From NCBI GenBank assembly GCA_054600435.1, contig BAAIJX010000036.1, positions 124,001 through 188,000 of the forward strand: DNA of 64,000 nt, given 5' to 3'. Source of the stretch: Neophaeotheca triangularis. Taxonomy: Eukaryota. Positions 58,928-64,000 of this stretch are shown here, in pieces (the first letter of the stretch is position 1; each line of letters opens with the position of its first letter). A program made the translations under genes and the position numbers. A model generated the notes under the pieces. That model did not search any database. It was not told where the DNA came from and saw nothing but the letters and a program-made list of their open reading frames with translations.

Positions 58928-60397
58928 ATGCACATCAACGAGCTGCCGCATGAAATTTTTTCGCAAATCCTTCGGGAGACGGCCAACCTGAACCAGAGTG
59001 AGAATGAGAGCTTCGCATATGGTCTGGCCGACGTACCTCAGCCTTTCACCAGATCAAAACTCACTCGCTACGTGAGAGGACCACTGAGCGCGGAATCGCT
59101 GCGGTGGGATGCGACGTCAGCGCTGAGGCAGGTGGGCTCCAAATGGCACGAATGGTCTCTGGATTACTGCCTCGAGCATGTTTACGAGCGGAGGTGGCGA
59201 GGCGCAGAACGCTGGGCTGAGCTGTCGACAAAGCGGCGAACTTACAACCTCTACGAGCTCATCGAAAATCCTTCCGGATTGGCAGTCTACCGCGACCCCT
59301 ACGGATCTCTCAAGAGCACTGACAACCTCTTCCACTCCATTCCCTCCACCGCCAGCAGAGTTCGAAGGCTGTGGTTCAACGGCTTTTACACCGCTGAAAC
59401 CGACCGCATCATTCTTAGCATCACAGCCAGCTGCGACCACCTGACTTCGGTTAGTCTCCCTTGGACGGTACTGCGGCGTGGCACTGTAGATGATTGGGTG
59501 GATCTCCTCAACGTCAACACCGGAAACGGAAGCCCGCTGGAAAGCCTCGAACTGCAAGCTGTTTGCCTCCCTCAAGCGCAAGCGCAGGCTCTTGAGGAGG
59601 ACGACTCCGACGATGCGCTAGCAGACCCGCGTGTCGACTTCAGCGCGCTTCGGAGACTCAAAATCTTCGGCAATACTTTGCACAAACCCGTCACCGACCA
59701 CGACTTGGCCGCAATTGCCCGCACAGCCACCAACCTCGAAATCCTCGACATCACGAACCTCTCAACCATCAGTGTAGCGGGAATGCTCGCTCTAGTCAAA
59801 GCCTCACACGACACTCTCCGCGTACTCGAGCACTCCCCTCGCTCAGACGACGGCTTCTACCACCCCCACCCCGGCCGCCTCGCAACAGGCGAACACATCT
59901 GCGAACTTTTAACCTCGCTCCCGCTCCTAACCGACCTCTCCATCTCCGTCCCCTCGGCCTGCGCCTCTCTCTTCTCCAACCCGGACGTAAAATGGACGGG
60001 CGAATGCCAAGTGCGCGCCACAGACCTCTGCGGCATAAGCACTCACTCAACGACCAAATCCGCCGCCTCCACCCACGCCGCCGTCACCGAACTCGACGCG
60101 CTCTTTGCTTCAGCACGCTCCTTAATAGCCGCCCGCAACCGTATGCACCACCACCTCTCCATTGAGCTCTTCTTCGCCGGCTGCATTTTCGAGCCCGCCA
60201 AAAAGCTTGTCCACGGCGATTTTGCTCTCGCGCAAATCTCCTCGGGCGGGCAGTGGCCGCTGCACAGGGAGACTAGCACCAAAGGCCCCTACGGAACCAC
60301 GGGCGTTTACGGCAAAGAGGATGAGGGCAATTGGGATGCCATCCGTGAGGAAGAGTTCTTGCACGCCGTCGAGAGGGGCTGGCTGCGCTTGGAGTGA
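58928..60397 (+). CDS. F-box-like / leucine-rich-repeat (RNI-like) protein
   Basis: MHINELPHEIFSQILR F-box-like start and LRR-like segments (LRRLKIFG, LEILDITNL, LTDLSISVP). Confidence 0.75.
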   Translation: MHINELPHEIFSQILRETANLNQSENESFAYGLADVPQPFTRSKLTRYVRGPLSAESLRWDATSALRQVGSKWHEWSLDYCLEHVYERRWRGAERWAELSTKRRTYNLYELIENPSGLAVYRDPYGSLKSTDNLFHSIPSTASRVRRLWFNGFYTAETDRIILSITASCDHLTSVSLPWTVLRRGTVDDWVDLLNVNTGNGSPLESLELQAVCLPQAQAQALEEDDSDDALADPRVDFSALRRLKIFGNTLHKPVTDHDLAAIARTATNLEILDITNLSTISVAGMLALVKASHDTLRVLEHSPRSDDGFYHPHPGRLATGEHICELLTSLPLLTDLSISVPSACASLFSNPDVKWTGECQVRATDLCGISTHSTTKSAASTHAAVTELDALFASARSLIAARNRMHHHLSIELFFAGCIFEPAKKLVHGDFALAQISSGGQWPLHRETSTKGPYGTTGVYGKEDEGNWDAIREEEFLHAVERGWLRLE

Positions 60398-61452
60398 AAT
60401 TCCCACCAAACTACTGCTACTAATAATATCTTTACGGCCGCGGCGACAAAAAATGTTACTCACGACTTGCGCGAAAATTTGAGCATCGCGCCATCTCCAC
60501 TCTTGTTGCCCTGAGTTGGGGCGGGCAATTCTGTTACGCGCGCGAAGAAAACGACCACACATTTGAGCGTTTTTGGTCCTTTGTCGCATGGGGGTTTTCT
60601 GTTTTCTTACGCTTGCGGACAAAGATACCCGGCCAGCTTTGTACTTTTCCACTTGACTACTATGAGCTTTTGCTTGGGATTTCCCTGCATTTTCTTCACA
60701 AGCACGGCGCTTCATGACGGGCATTATTTGGGACGGGGGGGACACGGCCAACGAGGGAAAAATCAAAAGTTGAAATCAAAAAGTTTTTCTTTTTTTTTGT
60801 TGCTTGCCTTTGTTCATTCATTCTTGATTCTGACGCTGCTGTGGCGAGTACAAGTAGTTAAGCTGATTAGCTGGCATAATCGAGCTTTTGATGGAAAATA
60901 TGAAATCCTTACCCTTTTTTTTCTTTTTCTCGACGCCCTGATTCTTGCCTGAAAAGGCCTTGGTTCGGATTGATTTTTACTTTTTTCTTCGTCGGTCATT
61001 TTCGTTACGGTTGCTTCGTAGAGGGTGGTTTGAGTATCCTTGTATGCTCTAGGGTGGATGGAGAAGGTATGCAGTATGTATCACCTGGATATGTATCTTC
61101 AATCACGACACTCGGTTGGCAATGCCGTTTATCCAAGGAATAGGCTCGGCTCGGCAGACATTCGTAACGCAGGTCGTTCTGCATTCGATGGGGCGATTTG
61201 GAAAATCGTGTCTCTTCTGCCGAAATCGCTCGAAATTATTGACATTTATTAAAAGCACAATTGCACAGTTTGACGCATAGGAGGCATGGATGTTTGCAAA
61301 GCACGTCTAGTCTCCCTCGCCACTAACGCCGGAATCGGAAGGCCTATCAACGTGTACATATCCTCATGCCTTTGCAAGCGAGTGGCCACACAGCCTTTTC
61401 AAAAAGGCAAGATCCCCACCATCAATCACCTCGAAACAATCCACCGTCCCCT

Positions 61453-64000
61453 CTACCTGCCCTTCTTGCTCTTCTTCCTGCCCCCACCAGCCTCAGCCTC
61501 CTTTTGCGCCTCAGCCAAAGCCTCCCCAGCCTTACGCTTCCCCTTCTCGCCCTCCGCCCCTTTACGACTCTTCACCGCAACATTCGTGCCCACGACCCCG
61601 CCGGCCCCTCTCCTCTTCTCCGCCTCCCGGATACTCCTCTCGGCAGCCTCCCAACCCTGCCCGTCCGCATCACCATCGGCAGCAGCAGCCTCGCCATACC
61701 TCTCCAGCGGCAGTGCCGACACCATCTCCCGCATCCGCGCCTTCTCCTCGGAATCAAACGCCTTCCCGGCGTCGGCCAGCTCCGCTTCCAGCGTCTGCGT
61801 TAGCGGCGCGTACGAGTCCCTCTTCCCGGCACCAGCACTATCCGCACCGGCACCGGCATCGGCATCGGCATCGGCATCAGGGTGCGAAGCGTCCACGGCG
61901 ACGTCCTGATCGGGCATCTCCGCGACAATGGCACCCTCTTGCAACTGCCTAAAGTGCGCGCACAGTTTCCGCATCACTTTGACAAACATGGCGAGCAGTT
62001 GGCTAGAACCCAGACCGAGCTCCTTCTCCACGTCCTCGAGGACTTTGCGCTGCAAGCCCATGGCGCAGAGGAGCGCTTGCTGCACGCCGGAGAGCTTGAC
62101 GCCGTTGGCGTTGCGGATGCGGCCGGTGAAGTAGAGCGAGGCAAGGGTCGGGATGAGGTCGAGGATGACGTGGTAGTCGAGCATGTTGTTTGCGTAACTG
62201 TCGAGGCGCTTGAGGTCAAAAGGGGTGAGGTGTTCGTCTAGCTCGGGTTTGGTCAGGGGTTTAGGGGACTCCGAGGTGGGGAGTAGGGCGATTCCCGCGG
62301 CGGCAGATTCGTCGAGTGCGAGCGCTTGTACGCTTGGGAAGGCGCGGAATTGGTAGGAGAGCAGGGAGAGGAAGCGGCGGTGGAAGTCTTTGGCGTAGGC
62401 ACCGAGCCAGCTGGGGTCTTGGCGGCCTGAGCTGAGGGTCCGCAGCATGATGCATGTGTGCTCGCCCGTGAGTTCGTTGGCCGTCTGGCGGAGGTATACG
62501 GGGACGAAGCCGCCGCGTTTCCAGAATTTGTGTAGCGGGGCCGTCAGGCCGTAGGAGACGCCGAGGTAGTCGAGCGAGGCGGGTCTGCGTTCCGACAGGC
62601 GTGCGAAGAGGGGTGGCATGGCTTTTGGCTCGCGTACTCGGACGTTGTCGCTGAGGAGGGAAGACTGTTCCAGCTCGGCGTCGGTCACTCGGACCATGCC
62701 TTCCTCGTGCACGTCGCTCGTGCCGTTTTCGCTCTCGTCGAGGTTGATATGCTTGCCCTCGTAGAATTCAGTGAGAAGCTGCAGTGCGCGCGAACCGTAC
62801 CCCATGCTGCCGTAGTCGGGGTTTGTAGCGATGCGCACCACACGGGCGCCAGAAAGGCCGGCAAACTCCGAGTCCTGGAATTGCTGGCTTACCAACCAAG
62901 GGATGAGATCGCCTCCCGCGCGTTGTCCTCTTGACAGGCTATTGAGGACGCTTTCCTTGCTGATCTGACCTTCAAGTGCAATCTGTACCACGCACAAAAT
63001 CTCGGGCAGGCGGTCTGCGTTTTCCTGCACGGGTGGAACCAGCACAAAAAGCTGATGCGCTGGTGCGTCGGACATGAGCTGAAGGTCGTTGGGGGAGTTT
63101 TTGTAGTGGCTGGCGACGTATAGGCCCATCATATTTTGGAGGAACTTTTCGGAGAGAGGGTGGAATGAGAAGAGGGTATCGCGGTTGACTTGTAGGAGCT
63201 GGCATTGCGAAGGGTGCGGTGTGCCGATCTTGCCGGAAGAGCGAGGTATTGTGGCGTCTAGGCAGAGGAGGCGGTTCATCCACTTTTCCACCGGGTCGCC
63301 CTGTGCGTAACGAATGGGTTCAGAGAGTGTGATTTCGCGCAGTGACCGGGATGAAACGCCAGAAGAAGCACCGTCGAGCGCTTTGGACCCGTTTGCACGG
63401 TCGACTGTCTTTTCATCATTGAATTTTGGCAGGCCTCTGGATTGCTCCCGAAGCTGCTGTATCAGTTTCAAGGACAGCGACCGACCAGTACCCTCATAGC
63501 CATTGATTGTGGAAGCCATGAAGACCAAATAAGGTCCCATCAGTTTTCGTACCAATGGCAACGGTATCGCGGCCGCCTCATCGATGACGAGTAGCTCAGC
63601 TTGGCCGAGAGTGTACGCATCTTGGGGCTGGATGTACTGAATAGTCTGACGGTGCTGCTTGTGAACATTGACTCGGACGATAGCCTTGTTGAAGTCAGGA
63701 TTAGTGGATTGGATGATGGTGTAGTCGAGGTGGTCTTGGTAGCCCAGCGCATCAAAACCCTTGAAGACGAACTCGAATAGCGTCTTCAAGTTCTCTGGCG
63801 ATGGTGATGTGATGAAAATATTGCTGTACCCGTGGGCTATCGCAGCAGCCATCGCCACACCAAGTGCGGCAGATTTTCCTCGTCCACGAGCAGCGGTCAG
63901 AGCGACTGTGCTCGCCAAAGTCTTCTCTGAGATTGCTTCGACAAACGTGAGAAGTGCCTTTGCTTGGTCCACAGTCTTTGCAAGCGTTACGAGGGAGCCA
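61453..64000 (-). CDS. KRE33: RNA cytidine acetyltransferase Kre33/NAT10 (5' part lies outside the window)
   Basis: TAARGRGKSAALG, IDEAAAIP, STINGYEGTGR, SHYKNSPNDL and RVVRIAT...GYGSRAL. The frame is open to the window edge. Confidence 0.96.
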   Translation of the reverse strand, partial: GSLVTLAKTVDQAKALLTFVEAISEKTLASTVALTAARGRGKSAALGVAMAAAIAHGYSNIFITSPSPENLKTLFEFVFKGFDALGYQDHLDYTIIQSTNPDFNKAIVRVNVHKQHRQTIQYIQPQDAYTLGQAELLVIDEAAAIPLPLVRKLMGPYLVFMASTINGYEGTGRSLSLKLIQQLREQSRGLPKFNDEKTVDRANGSKALDGASSGVSSRSLREITLSEPIRYAQGDPVEKWMNRLLCLDATIPRSSGKIGTPHPSQCQLLQVNRDTLFSFHPLSEKFLQNMMGLYVASHYKNSPNDLQLMSDAPAHQLFVLVPPVQENADRLPEILCVVQIALEGQISKESVLNSLSRGQRAGGDLIPWLVSQQFQDSEFAGLSGARVVRIATNPDYGSMGYGSRALQLLTEFYEGKHINLDESENGTSDVHEEGMVRVTDAELEQSSLLSDNVRVREPKAMPPLFARLSERRPASLDYLGVSYGLTAPLHKFWKRGGFVPVYLRQTANELTGEHTCIMLRTLSSGRQDPSWLGAYAKDFHRRFLSLLSYQFRAFPSVQALALDESAAAGIALLPTSESPKPLTKPELDEHLTPFDLKRLDSYANNMLDYHVILDLIPTLASLYFTGRIRNANGVKLSGVQQALLCAMGLQRKVLEDVEKELGLGSSQLLAMFVKVMRKLCAHFRQLQEGAIVAEMPDQDVAVDASHPDADADADAGAGADSAGAGKRDSYAPLTQTLEAELADAGKAFDSEEKARMREMVSALPLERYGEAAAADGDADGQGWEAAERSIREAEKRRGAGGVVGTNVAVKSRKGAEGEKGKRKAGEALAEAQKEAEAGGGRKKSKKGR

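Noticed and set aside
61840..61880. (GGCACC/GGCATC)n hexamer repeat
   Set aside because: It is an ordinary coding microsatellite (DADADADAGAGA) in the variable C-terminal region of Kre33.

Overview
This is eukaryotic DNA from a filamentous ascomycete, probably a Dothideomycete. That placement is inferred from gene content and short spliceosomal introns with CTRAY branch sites. The window is gene-dense and mostly housekeeping: Osm1-type fumarate reductase with a cytochrome b5 domain, TFIIS, an NmrA-like protein, an RTC4-like protein, MDE1, PRP16, VPS33, Gly-X carboxypeptidase, a TamA/Dal81-like and a second Zn2Cys6 factor, a Gly/Asn-rich protein, CIA2, a Dal5-like MFS permease, RPC40, the complex I 49 kDa subunit, ERG10, SNU114, a PWI protein, a PTC7-like PP2C, an F-box-like protein and a partial KRE33. 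The most notable observation is a 57-nt AT-AC intron (ATAAGT...TAC) with U2-type signals that the permease reading frame requires. Other points of interest are two small secreted Cys-rich peptide genes that only emerge after splicing, several stop-free in-frame introns, a probable 5' intron in SNU114 carrying in-frame ATGs, a frameshifted secreted-protein pseudogene and a GATA-site cluster upstream of tamA. I found no recognisable tRNA, rRNA, CRISPR array or intact transposon. All identifications come from manual reading and recalled family motifs, with no database searches.
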